From NCBI GenBank assembly GCA_000934665.2, contig JYFJ02002605.1:1-54311 (forward strand): 54,311 nt of DNA, in the 5' to 3' direction. Position 1 is the stretch's first letter, and each line of letters starts with the position of its first letter. Positions 32,979 to 45,000 of the stretch are shown here, one piece after another. Position numbers and translations under genes: made by a program. Origin of the DNA: Catajapyx aquilonaris. Its lineage: Eukaryota. The notes below the pieces were generated by a model. The model was not told the DNA's origin. It ran no database searches and saw nothing but the letters and a program-made list of their open reading frames with translations.

Positions 32979-35900
32979 ATGAAAATGGGCTCCCAAAAAT
33001 TTGATTTTGATATTGCTTATTAATAGACTCCTACGATTTCTTTTGAATGTTTACTTGACATTTCCGAAAAATCTGGAGAACCGATTTTTGATGTTTGCCA
33101 ACAATAATAACTTTTTCGATTCAGTGTAGTCGCCTCATTTTTAGGGCCATAACTTGGAAAGGTCAGGCCAAATCTTATATTTGATATGTGCATTCGAAAG
33201 GTATTTTTATGCTACAGGAGATGGTCATACTCATAATTTAGAAATCCAAAAATTTTTAATCAAAGATATTTTGATTTTGATATTGATCAATAATCGACCC
33301 CTACGATTTCCTTTGAATGGCACTTAAAATGATCAGAGTAATGTTTACTTGAGATTTCCGCAAAATCTGGAGAACCGATTTTCGATATTTGCTAAATATA
33401 AAATTATTTTAGGTGCAAGACTCATACCGTAAGAGTAGTCACCTCAATTATCCAAAAAATTGAAAAAAGAGATAAGCCGCATAAAGTTAACAGAGGCACC
33501 CATTTCTAAAAGCTTGAATTAACTTTATAAGGCTTATCTTTTACTAGGCCTTCAAAATCGGTATTTATTACATTCTATGTAGAGTGACTAGCATTAGGCA
33601 TTCTCAGGATGGGCAGCATCAATTTTTAACGCAAATAAATAAGAGTAATTTTATTGCTAATTGAAGTAACTATACTCTTATGGTATGCGTCTTGCACATA
33701 AAATAATTTTATGTTGAGCAAATATCGTAATTCGGTTCTCCAGGTTTTGCGGAAATCTCAAGTAAACATTACCCTGATCATTTTAAGTACCATTCAAAAG
33801 AAATCATAGGGGTCGATTATTGATCAATATCAAAATCAAAATACCTATGATTTAAAATTTTTGGATTTTTAAATTATGAGTATGACCATCATCTGTAGCA
33901 TAAAAATACCTTTTGAATGCACATCAAATATCAGATTTGGCCTGACCTTCTCTGAGCTATGGTCCTCCAAATGAGGTGACTATACACGTTTGGAGGGAGG
34001 CATGGTGGTCTAGCGGTTACGCTGCAGGCCAGCCAAGCGGGAGGCCGGGGTTCAAATCCCGTCCCCGTCATCTCTGCTTGGCCGGGTCTTTTTCCGCTTT
34101 TCACCCGACATGCCGGAGCAGAATTGCACTCCCTTCTCTGCTCGGGGCCAGGAGAAAATGTGTGGTGTTTTAGAGGGTCTGCAATGACTAGAAACTACAT
34201 GAGAGCGCCCTCCCTTGGGAAGCTCCCCTTCCCCATACGCCCGTGGACCAGGGCGTTGCGACGAAACTATGTAAAATTGCAAAATAAATAAAGGTCCGTG
34301 TAATACCTCGAAAGAGGTCCGCACTACCCAATTATTATTATTATTATTATACACGTTTGGAACCTAAAACGTTATTATTGTTGGCAAATATCAAAATTCG
34401 GTTCTCCAGATTTTTCGGAAAATGTCAAGTATACCTTGCCCTTGTCATTTTAAGTGACATTCAAAAGAAATCCTACAGTCTATTAATAAGCAATTTTATC
34501 AAAATCAAAGTTTTGGGAGACCATTTTTATTTTACTTTTTAGGAATTTTCAATTTTGAAAATGACCAACTCATAGAGCGTGAAAGTACCCTTCAAATGCA
34601 CATATTAAATGTCAGATTTGACTTTTAGAAGATATGGTCGTCTGAGTGACAGCGAACGGAGCAAAAATGCTCGAAAATGGGCACGTGTGACACCCTGTAG
34701 TTTTGCAACCGCATGTTGAAGAGGCAAACAAACTCGGTTATGTACAGTACATACATGTATGGGCACCACAACATACACGAATTGGGTCACAATCGGATAA
34801 GGTCACGGCAAAGGGTGGCTCCGTTGACGTGGAATGCCTCATATGTGTATTAATAAGTTAAGTGTAAGCTAAACGTGTGATGTTAAATGAAATATTACAT
34901 AGGCGGATTACTGATATATACAATATACAGTATTATAAAAATACCATAAGAGATATCGCCCTTTTTCAAGTGCACGAAAATATTTGAATGTGGACTGGGT
35001 GACCCCATGCTATTATCGGTATGCTTGGCATCTACCTTGTCAAAATCCCAGAGAGTCGGGCAACTTCTGCTGTTCACATGACAATTGTGTATAGGTTTTA
35101 CATGGACAGTTAGTTCCTTGTTGCATTAGTGTCCCATGCATTCTGTTTACATTTCAGTCTGCTAAATAAATTCACTAAGTTAGGACTTGCACTACTATAC
35201 AGTTGGATGGTGTTATGCAATAATGAGTCAACCCACATGAGAACAGTTTTGAGAAAAATTGCTTTGAAGGTCATACCTGTGAAATTAATTCAGTGTTCTT
35301 TTTGGTCATTTGCGGCAGAAGTATGTAGATTTTGCCACCTTGATTTTAATTGAATGAAATACTCTCCTTTGGGTGTATGTTCCTGGGCTTAACTCAATTT
35401 TGACATTTTTGTGGGTTGACCCGTTATAGCATAACACCGTCCAATTAAGAGTACAGAATGGCAAGAAGAACAGTAAATAAGGTCAAGTTTCATTTTTCAC
35501 TTTGAAATGCACTCACTTAAGCGAAAAAGGTCACACTTTGACACCTTATTTTGCTTCCACCAGTATATTGATACACTATACTGCCTGACCCTTGGGATTA
35601 TATGAAGACCTCGGGGGAAGAACGATCAAGCTTCACTTTTTGTCAAAAATGAGTTACATATCTCAGAAGATACTTTCACTAGTGTAGAATAAGATGGTTT
35701 GGTCAGGGTTTGGTCCGGTTTGGTCGTAGTTGTGGAGTAATGCTCACAGGTCACAACGGAAGGCACCAAAAGTGGGATTTCCAATGGAACCTTATGGGCC
35801 TTCGAAATTTAAAAGTGGAATAGGCTTATCTCAGTTTCACCTGAGGTGGACCTTGATCGTTCTTCTCCTGATGTCTTCATATGGCTTTACCTGGAGCCAC

Positions 35901-36175
35901 GATTATCTCGTTCTTCTTTGATCGCATGCGCAGGAACGTCAGATTATTGCTCATGTCGAGCTCCTTGATGATGGACTTCGCCTTGATGGACAACTCGCTC
36001 ATCAAGCCAGCATACTGGATGGTCTTGGAGGTGTCAAGGGTCGATTTTATGGGGATCCCTGAGTGGGAGAAAAAATCCAGCATAGTTATTGCCTCAAGAA
36101 CATAAGCTGTATTCATTGCATTAATGGAGGGAGGGGCGAGTCAAGGAAAGGGAACCAACCAGGACAACATATTTA

Positions 36176-36239
<64 letters not shown>

Positions 36240-37370
36240 GATTGGGTATACGGCTAGCCCCAGAGGGGCCTTCTGCCAGACCTTTATTTCGATGTTATAC
36301 AATTTTTGGGAATCCTATTTTTTGAAGCGCCCGGGCCCACGGGCAGGATGACAGGAGGGGATGTGCAAAGTGCAGTGAATCTGACGCTGTGGCCATTTTT
36401 AGTGAACTCCCCCGGGTGGTTTAGTCTGTAGGATATACCACCCGAGACGAAGCCAGAGGTGACCCTGAACTCTGCACGAGATGAAGGGGGTGTCCCCGGG
36501 CTGGGATCGAACCCGGGACCTTAACATCCGTGGGCGCGCACGTTACCGCGGCGCCACTCCGTCTCCCACATATTTTAATTATCCAATACACATGAGGAAA
36601 ATGACATAATCACATAATTCTTGTCGTTAGTATGGATACACCCCAGACATGGCATTCATGCACTTGACTCTCTATCCCTGCTTCGTGCATGATTGGTCCT
36701 AATGCAGAATCCACTTTGTGTATACTACATTACATCGAAGCGACGTAATTGAGAGAATTTTTTCGACGAGATTATTAAGTGTAAATGTACCGTATGGTTG
36801 CAAAAAAAAAAAATCGGGTAAACAAAATGTGTGGAAGTAAAAGTATTAATAAGTTATTGCTGGAAGATATAACCGCCTCTGATTTGAGAATCGAACCCAG
36901 ACGTCAGTGTATAGAAGCCAAGACGCTGGCGTGCAACCTACCAGGCACGATCATCGACGACAACACTGACAAACGAAACTAACGTGATTACACATTGGGA
37001 TGCAATATATCGCAAACAGCAAAGGCTAAAGATTACCTCACGTTTACATGACAAAAGCTATATATTTCATCGGTGTAACCATGGTGATGCCCTGATTTGG
37101 TTCGATCAAACACACTACTTGTTGAGGCACTTGGAATGGCAGGCTCCGTTTTAAAACATGCTGCACAACAATTCTTGGCTAATTTCCGAGTAAATCATGC
37201 CTCAGAAGAGGAGATGCAAAAAGTTTCTTATCATTACCTGGGATAGTTTGCCATTCACCTCCGTTTTGTTTCTCCAATCCCTAATTCAGAGAAGTTGTCA
37301 TTAAGATGGCTCTAGCTCATTTGGCATCTCAACCACATCGTACAACTCTGTCAATCCGGCGGAAATTATG

Positions 37371-37448
<78 letters not shown>

Positions 37449-40400
37449 ATAGCCGACGGTGTGTCTGCGGAAAGTTTTTCCTATTCATCGAGCTATCAAA
37501 ACACATGGTAGGTCAAGTGGAGCAGGTGCACCTGCCACATCTGACGCACACATTCACATTGCCGGAATGCAGTACGGCGCGAACCTTGGTCGTTATCTGT
37601 GCATAGTCTGAACATCAGTTGGGAAGAGGGTAACAGAGGAAGTGCGTGGTTGAGATCGGATCGGCTCTTGTGTGCATTGCAGGTGGTTAACCACTTCGGT
37701 ACTCCGATGTACACCTGCAGTAATACTCCCAGGTACTCCTCAGGTACCTTACTCTTTGGTATACTCCTTGGTACTCCTTGAATTTGGTACTCCAGTGTAC
37801 ACTTTACAGTCGAGTGGTTAACCCCTTGGTGCATTGTGTGGTACTGTGTGTTGTGAAGTTGGTGCATATCACGAGAGAACGAATGATGACATCCATCAAC
37901 TGCTCGATCAACTGGTTCGATGCCTGCCTTGTGCCAATAGTGCCATACTACAAGGATGATGCCTGCTGAAGTGGTGCAATGCCTCAGTAGCTTACTGGTG
38001 CGTTTCAAGGTGAGGTTTAAAAAGCTGAATTACCGGTATCTTTGATAAAATGTGACTTGATGCTGTGACAGTATTATCTGTCTTATACATATTTGTATGA
38101 CCTTATTGGATCACACCTGTTTCAACGCCGCGTCTTTTTTTTTGTGAAACAGGCTTTATGCTCTTTCACCACACCTCCCGTCATATTACATCATCTCCAA
38201 TCGTGCTTTGCGCGATCTCCTATAATAAGCCTGCAAGTGAGACACCTTGAAGCCTTTCGAGACCCGATTCCTTTTATGTTCAATGCGGTTCAATGTCTAT
38301 CTTGGTTCATGCAACCCAGCCTAAGTGAATATACAGGATAGTGTATTCCAGTTGAAATTAACACGATTGTAGATTTTGTAGTGGTTAACAACTTTTTTTT
38401 TTGCCAGAATTCACATAAAAAAGGTTGTGGAGCTGTTTTCATGTCACGTAACCACGCACGTAACAAACCTGCTCCACTTTTGACTTGTACCCCGGCCAGT
38501 TAGGCCTTTATCATTGATCCAGTCCAATGTGGTGCCTGACATACAGGGTGGTCCAACATCAAGTGTCGTTTTATAACGGGTATTAATAGAAGCTCTTTAC
38601 GATTGACGTAGCAGCGACGTGTAAAATTGCCCACTTCGATGGCGCCGAAGATGCGCCAAAGTGGGACATTTTACGCGTCGCTGCTACGTCATCGCAAAAT
38701 CACTGCTATTAATCGCCGTTATAAAACGACACTTGATGTTGGACTACCCTGTATAAACGGCGAGCTACCTGGCCCTTGATAGCGACTCTGTAGTAATTAT
38801 CATCTAACTGTATTAATCACCTGGCAATTCATCTCCCCCTGTAAAACAATGAAACTAAGGCAAAGTTGCTTGGGAGTAAGCTTAATGCAGTTTTGCCTGC
38901 AGTGCAGTCTTAAAATTGATGAGACGAATTTGGCTTAAGCCTGGTTAATTATATCCAAGTGAATGTTCTGATCCGACGACTACAAATTCTCGAAAGAAAT
39001 AACAAATATGGGGACCTCCAGGAGAGAGCACTATTAGCTGATTGTCATAGTTATCTCCGGTATTATTTTGCAATATGTAGTCATTCATGCGCATGCAAAT
39101 TACCATCATTCAATCACCAAATGAAAATAATGGGCAACAGTCAAAACTGGCATGTACAATTTTTTATTTACCTCCCGTAACTGATGGTAGACCTACATTA
39201 TCATCCTTCTCTACGCGTACTCCACACAAAGTTAAAGTTAGGTAAGCACGATGAATAAAAACCAAGCAAGTTCAAATTATCATGTATGCCACACATTTCT
39301 GCATATGTTATATGTGCACATAATCATTAGAAGAAAAAACTAAAAACAAGTCTGCACCGCTGGCGAAAATATACCTGGATTCCGCTGAAATACCGGTACA
39401 TTAAAATTCGTCCGAGGTTGAAGGTACCAGCAGGGAGCATATACTACATAAGAGGCGCAAACTTCTGTCGGCGCCTTTGATGTTCGCGTCTCTCTGTTTG
39501 GGGCGTTGCCAAGGCTGGCGGCCATTTTGAAGTGTGTGGAACGCCAACGAGGTATAAATAGGGTACAGTAGAAAATAGGGTCCGCCATCTTTGATGATTG
39601 TGGCGGCCATGGCAACTACATGACAAGAAAGGCAAGAACACGCGCGAATCAAAGATGTACCCTATTTATACCTCGTTGGCGTTCCACACACTTCAACACA
39701 CCGCCAGCCTTGGCAACGCCCCAAACAGAGAGACGCAAAAATCGAATGTTTGCGCCTCTTATGTAGTATATGCTCCCTGGTACCAGTTTGAGACCCTGAA
39801 AATCTCAATTTGAGATCCTTTGAGACCATATGAACCGAAAATAGGGCCAAAAATGCATCAAACGCCTATAAAGTTGCAGATGGGAGTTATTAATAACTTA
39901 ATATTAATTAATATTAATATTTGGCCGTATTTCCAGCAAAATTTGGGCAATGTCGCTTACAACTTCCGTATAAAAATACATACGCAACCCAGAGCATGGC
40001 ACGTCTCATAAAGGTGCGCACCTTTTTATTTTCGTATATGTATAGGACATAACACAATGCGCAGTATCCCCACTCGCACGTACAGTTTATGATAAAGTAA
40101 ATTAACTGTTGAACTCACCATCCGAATTGATAATAATGATTCCTTCTACTCCGTTGTGGGTCTGAATCCGCTTGAGTGCCACCTCGACTTCATGGGACTG
40201 AAAAGAATGAGAATAGACCATTACTAGCTGATGGTAATGCTGCTTTCGTTACTTCTGTAGTCAGTAGTCGATAGTTATAAATACACTATAATCATAAAAA
40301 TACACTGGTCATTCGATTCATGTGTGTTCTGACACGGACTCACTGTCAGGATAGGGCCACTCAGCGTCTTTTCATTCTGGGCAAATAAATGTCTTTGACC

Positions 40401-40656
40401 CCGGATATCCGGAACACCAATAGGGTGTAATAAATTATTGAGGTTCAAAAAGTGCATTGGTAGTACTGCATTTGGTGTCCCTCGCACAGATGGCGAGCCA
40501 ACTTCATACGTAGGGTACTATACAAGCGAATCGAATATCCGATGGTTACATTAGTTACTGAGCGAAGATTAAGAAAATTATGAGTTGTTATAATAAGTCA
40601 GGCTTTGTATAGGAGAATGAAATATAGTTGCAGCAGCTGTGTACGGCACTTACCAT
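31155..40656 (-). CDS. robl: Dynein light chain roadblock/LC7-type, 97 aa; complement(join(31155-31198,35891-36058,40119-40197,40654-40656))
   Basis: Spliced protein [97 protein letters not shown]; canonical GT-AG junctions; ATG-only first coding exon; minus-strand AATAAA at 31129-31134. The symbol is family-level; orthology is not established. Confidence 0.93.
31738..32094 (-). mobile_element. SINE family A (young copy)
   Basis: Perfect 14-bp TSD TATTATCGCTATTT at 31724-31737 and 32095-32108; (TTTTA)n tail. Confidence 0.92.
32650..32976 (+). mobile_element. tRNA-derived SINE family E with a V-domain-like core
   Basis: A-box TGGCCGAGTGG; core GTTCTCTCCGTGTTCGCGTGGGTTTTCTCGGGGTACTCCCGTTTCCTCCCAC; (TTA)n tail; TSD AAATGAAAATGGGC at 32636-32649 and 32977-32990. 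Confidence 0.88.
33995..34347 (+). mobile_element. SINE family C (tail type 2)
   Basis: TGGTCTAGCGG and GGTTCAAATCC boxes; TSD TATACACGTTTGGA at 33981-33994 and 34348-34361. Confidence 0.9.
35891..36058 (-). CDS. robl: Roadblock coding exon 3 (168 nt)
   Basis: [38 protein letters not shown]| acceptor, CAG|GTAAAG donor. Confidence 0.95.
36177..36567 (-). mobile_element. SINE family D, second copy
   Basis: B-box GGTTCGATCCC on the minus strand; (AAT)n at 36176-36238; TSD ACATATTT. Confidence 0.87.
37370..37446. repeat. (TTA)n microsatellite
   Basis: Directly visible. Confidence 0.95.
38544..38751. mobile_element. Tc1/mariner-type palindromic MITE
   Basis: TA|CAGGGTGGTCCAACATCAAGTGTCGTTTTATAACGG ... 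CCGTTATAAAACGACACTTGATGTTGGACTACCCTG|TA. Confidence 0.88.
39431..39779. mobile_element. Foldback MITE with 7-bp TSD (P-element/Galileo-like or hAT-like)
   Basis: About 130-bp inverted arms starting CAGGGAGCATATACTACATAAGAGGCGCAAAC; TSD GTACCAG at 39424-39430 and 39780-39786. Confidence 0.82.
40119..40197 (-). CDS. robl: Roadblock coding exon 2
   Basis: TTCTTTTCAG| acceptor, [33 protein letters not shown] donor. Confidence 0.92.
40654..40656 (-). CDS. robl: Roadblock coding exon 1 (ATG only)
   Basis: Minus strand reads CAATC ATG|GTAAGT: good initiation context and a perfect donor. Confidence 0.75.
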
Positions 40657-41690
40657 GATTGTGAGAGCCTTACGTAGATTTTGTGTGAATAGGGAGAGGA
40701 AGGTCTGGTACTCTCAGGTCTGATTCGATCGACTTCCAAGCAAAGAATGAATGGAACACCCGGAGGGTTGGTGGGGTTTGTCGCTGCCAGCAACCCAGAG
40801 CAAAGCAAACTGACGATATATACCGTGTCGGCCAGCCATAAGAACACACGGAGGAAATATGTATATTACACCGTACAGGTGCAAAGTATAAATCGATATT
40901 GCGATATTATTTTCTGCTCTCAATTTGCGAGCAACATGTACCACCCTGTTGCAAGGTGGCGAAATTTTCAAACGATCACAGCTCGATATCATTGATCATT
41001 ATAAGGCCTTCGAGGGGCGGAGGGTGGTAGGGGACATTGTCCCACCCTCCACACCCCCTTCTTGCAAGGTTTCTCTCTACCCACTTTCCTCCATTCAAAT
41101 TGTAGCATTAAGGAGAAATTATTGCTTGAAGTAGCCCCTGAACGACCTTCTTCCTCACTGCCTTCAGCCAACAAGAACTGGCGTCCCTAGATTTACTGTA
41201 GTCTGAAATTTGATGGATTGGTAGCACCCCAAGGGATGAAAATTGCACCTAAATTGACCTGCCCCAAATGACCCCATGACCCTTTTTTTTGGTGTGCAGA
41301 GGTCAACTCGTGAGATTCCCGCCGATCGTCTTCAAATTTTGTGGGAAGTTTGTTGAGTAACATGATTTAATAATAGTTCAGGCATTTAAGAGTTTTTCCA
41401 TGCTATGGGTCTGAAAATGCCTAAATGGTATTTGTTAATTTCTTTAATTTAGCTGGTCATTTTACATACATTCTGTTGCGTTTTAGCTTGCGATTTGTTT
41501 TCATATGTGAAGGAGTGGAAAAATGATAAAGGGGGTAAGTGCCAAAATTTTGAAGCTGAGAAAAATCGATTTTTGTGTGTCCTATCCGCTAATTCTACGT
41601 TCTTCAATGGTGATGAGGACTTGGCAGATCCAACATGCAATCAAGGCACTTGGCCAGATGCAATAGTAGTGAACATATACCACTGCTTTA

Positions 41691-42067
41691 GTGGGGGAGT
41701 GGATGGTGTCCGACTGCTAATCGGAAGGTCCTGGGTTCGAATCCCGGAGGCCGGCGATCCTGACCTTGGTTTTCTGTGGTTTCCCAAGGTCGCCCCAGGA
41801 AAAATTTCCGGGTTCGTACGGTAAAATAGGCCACAGCCGCATCCTTCTTTCCCTGCCCTGGAGGAGGTGCGGGTCAGTGGGGATTTCTGACTCGCATCTA
41901 GGGGCTCATGTTGGCGAACGGGCCCCCTGAGGGACTGCACACGACCCCCAACTTGATGACATTGCACATGCACCAGTGTCCCCCCCTCCTATCCCTACCC
42001 TGTCCCTGCTCGATAGTGGTAATCCACTCCCCTAAGAGGGCCCATGGCCCTAGCACGGGGTATATCT
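41691..42067 (+). mobile_element. SINE family B, long form (tail type 1)
   Basis: B-box GGTTCGAATCCC; 15-bp TSD TATACCACTGCTTTA at 41676-41690 and 42068-42082. Confidence 0.88.
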
Positions 42068-45000
42068 TATACCACTGCTTTATAATAAAGATTTAAGGCC
42101 AAGTGTGACGAAACAAGAAAGTGGTATGTTCCATGGGGCAATCCCTCATTAAGGGGGTTAGTGCCATTATCTCACACTAACATTATTATCATGTGAATAT
42201 GGGTAGTTTTGTGGCCCTTATATGGATGACCATATTCATCACAGGCCACAAAATGACAATGTTCATGATTGTAGGAGTTAACTAGGAGAAAAGGTCCGAA
42301 GAATAAACGGACCCCAAAATACAAAATTTTAAACAACCTCTGTATTGCTTGACATCTCGAACATGAAAAGAAAAAAACCCGACCAAAATGAATTACACTG
42401 TAATTCCGATTATCAGGGCTAATTAATGCACAGGTGTCGCCAGATAATCGGAAACCACGGATAATCAGATAATGGTCGTTGATACCGTAAAAATTAGCTA
42501 TTCACAGGTTTTCATATACTATTGTATGATACTGGATGCTGATTTAACTAAGATTTAATGAAAATAATAGAACTTACAATATTTTTTTCTAGAAAATGTA
42601 GGCTATCATATTATTTTGTCCTCATTTACATGCATAAAATGACCATCACGTAATAATTTGCCACACGGATGAATATTCTACTAGAACACATTTTCATTAT
42701 GAGCTCTTTTATGCAATGATTGCTTGGGAGGTACGCGCCTGATTTATTTACGGAATCAAGTTATCTACCGCCCTCGACAGGTGGCAAAGGCGGTCCCAAC
42801 GAAGCTTAGAGCTTCAGTGAATGCACGTTAGATGACGATTGTGGCGCAAAATTTAGGCATGCCGCTCCTACACGACGTAGAATCAGCGGGATTGCTTGAT
42901 CTATGTCATACCGGTGTATTGTAGTGTTTTAATGCAAGAAATATTTGGATTGATATGTGGGAGAACAAAAGCGAATGAAAATAATATCCGGTTATAAGTA
43001 GCAGTTGCTGCTAATAATTATGTAACTTGGTCCTGTATGCTTTTAAAGGAGCGGATCACTTTTTACTGCAAAATAATATCTCATAACATTTTTACGTTGT
43101 GGGTTATCGGGTGAGTACTCTATCATATTCACACTAGAAATGGTGATATTCAACCACAACTTGCGAGTTACGAATTCGCCCTATAAGTCACCTAAGAACC
43201 CTTGATCACTCATGGACTAAGTGAAAAAAAAATCATGTTAACAGCACTTAATATGTGTTACCCTCGTAACACAACAGTGATTGTTCAAGGAACGTCATTT
43301 CTGCACAATACCATACGTTCATATGACTCATTTCTCAATATTCAAAAAATCATTATTAAAATATAGTCGTGTAACTTATATTCAAGATTAACATACGTAT
43401 ACTGAATTCATATTTTTTAAACATATAGTGGCTTGCAGTTACCTTTTTGGATATCCATACGCCCGAAAGTAGTGCCTACCATTCCGGACCATACCGCTCC
43501 TCACATCAAAATGTGCAGTTTGTGTATAGCGCTGCAGCTACCGCATGGGCTGCGAATGATAATTAGCCATTCGAATTACATGTACCAGCACTGTTTCTTC
43601 GAGAAAGCCAGCGATACTGGGGACTAATTTTTCTGCGGCTCACCCCCTCGGGCATTTGTGTACCCAAAAAGGTTTGGACTTGTGTGAATCGGAGAGTACT
43701 GTACATTGCCACACATTTACTTGACATTTAAAGGACACTTACAAATGAACAACCATGTCCAGCAGTGCTGAACATTCACTTGATATTTCCCGAGCATTTT
43801 TATTTAGATCTAGTCATTTTGAATACTCACTCAACATTCATGTATTACTGGGGCAGCATTTGACATGTTTGGTAAATTTCATAATCGCATTAATGGAGTG
43901 TATCACATTATATGTTCAGATCTCTGGATATATTGTCATTTAAACATCACATTATTTCATCAATCCGAAATGAAAGTGAATTTGATGCGTCGAATGATAA
44001 TACCATACTTTCTAATTTTGAAGTTATATTTTAATACAATACGATGTAGTGCTACACCTTTTCCGTCAGTCCTAAAAATTTCAAGCCCGTTATTACAAGA
44101 CGCTTTTTTTTAAATTCAACCCTGAAAAGTGACGTAAGTCAAATATACAATGTAATTATTTTAAAACAAAAGTACTGTATATAGAAAAAACATTTAAGCA
44201 ACCTTTAAGGTATACTGATACCTCTTCCTGTGATGGATGGTCCTTGATGTAGCTTAATTTCGTTATGTGCCTCTGATAGCATGATTTCAACATCGTTACG
44301 TATAATTATACTGGATGATTCACTGCCAAGTTCTTCCGACGTTCAAGAGGATGTAAGTTTAGGTTCCCTCCAGCAACCAGGATAAAGAGAAACAACAATA
44401 ACAACAAGTCCTCTTACGTTATAAAAATAACAGCCTACAATATAATGAGCGACATGTTGAAACCACTATTTGTACAACTTACACCCTACCTTGATTCAAT
44501 ATTTTGACTCCCAGGCACTGTCCCCCATACTAAGACCGAGTCAGGACTCGTAAATATCCATATATATGCAATAAAACGCTATCTTGACATTGTCAACAAA
44601 AGTAATTTCTCTGGAGCGGCGAGGCAAGTGGGTCTGTCTCCCCCTTGATTTCTTCCTTTTACGCGAGGCCTTTCGGTCTTCAGAGGAGTGATGAAAGAAG
44701 CGTAATAATTTAGGGTTGCTGTAATTTTCTGTCACACCCGTTTATATTGCGTTATGATGCCGCCATTTCTCACAATAAAAACGTCGTTTTGTAAGATATT
44801 TAACATTTTAGCTGCATTGTCGGGTGTCTGCCATCCACATTGTGCCTCATAAATAATCATTTCCTTGCGGAAATTTAAAGCGTGTCGGACAGGACAAACT
44901 GTAATAGGCAAGATATGTTACAGATTCTGTGAGAATGTCATAGAGAGTTGTCGAGCTAAAATGGCGTTAGTTCAAAGGAAGCGAAAAGCAGCACAGCCAG

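Larger units (their letters stand above)
32322..34840. mobile_element. 2.5-kb foldback element with very long TIRs (possibly Sola-like)
   Basis: Ends GAAGCATTCCACGTCAACGGAGCCACCCTTTGCCGTGA and TCACGGCAAAGGGTGGCTCCGTTGACGTGGAATGCCTC; ATAT on both sides; inverted homology runs inward to ~33440 and ~33670. Confidence 0.85.

Noticed and set aside
35105..35279. Alternative roadblock terminal exon (TTTCACAG|GTATGA, phase-compatible)
   Set aside because: The peptide has no LC7 similarity; the exon at 31155-31198 gives the expected DKEY..VIQ ending and has a polyA signal.
35881..36105. + strand 74-aa ORF
   Set aside because: Antisense shadow of roadblock exon 3.
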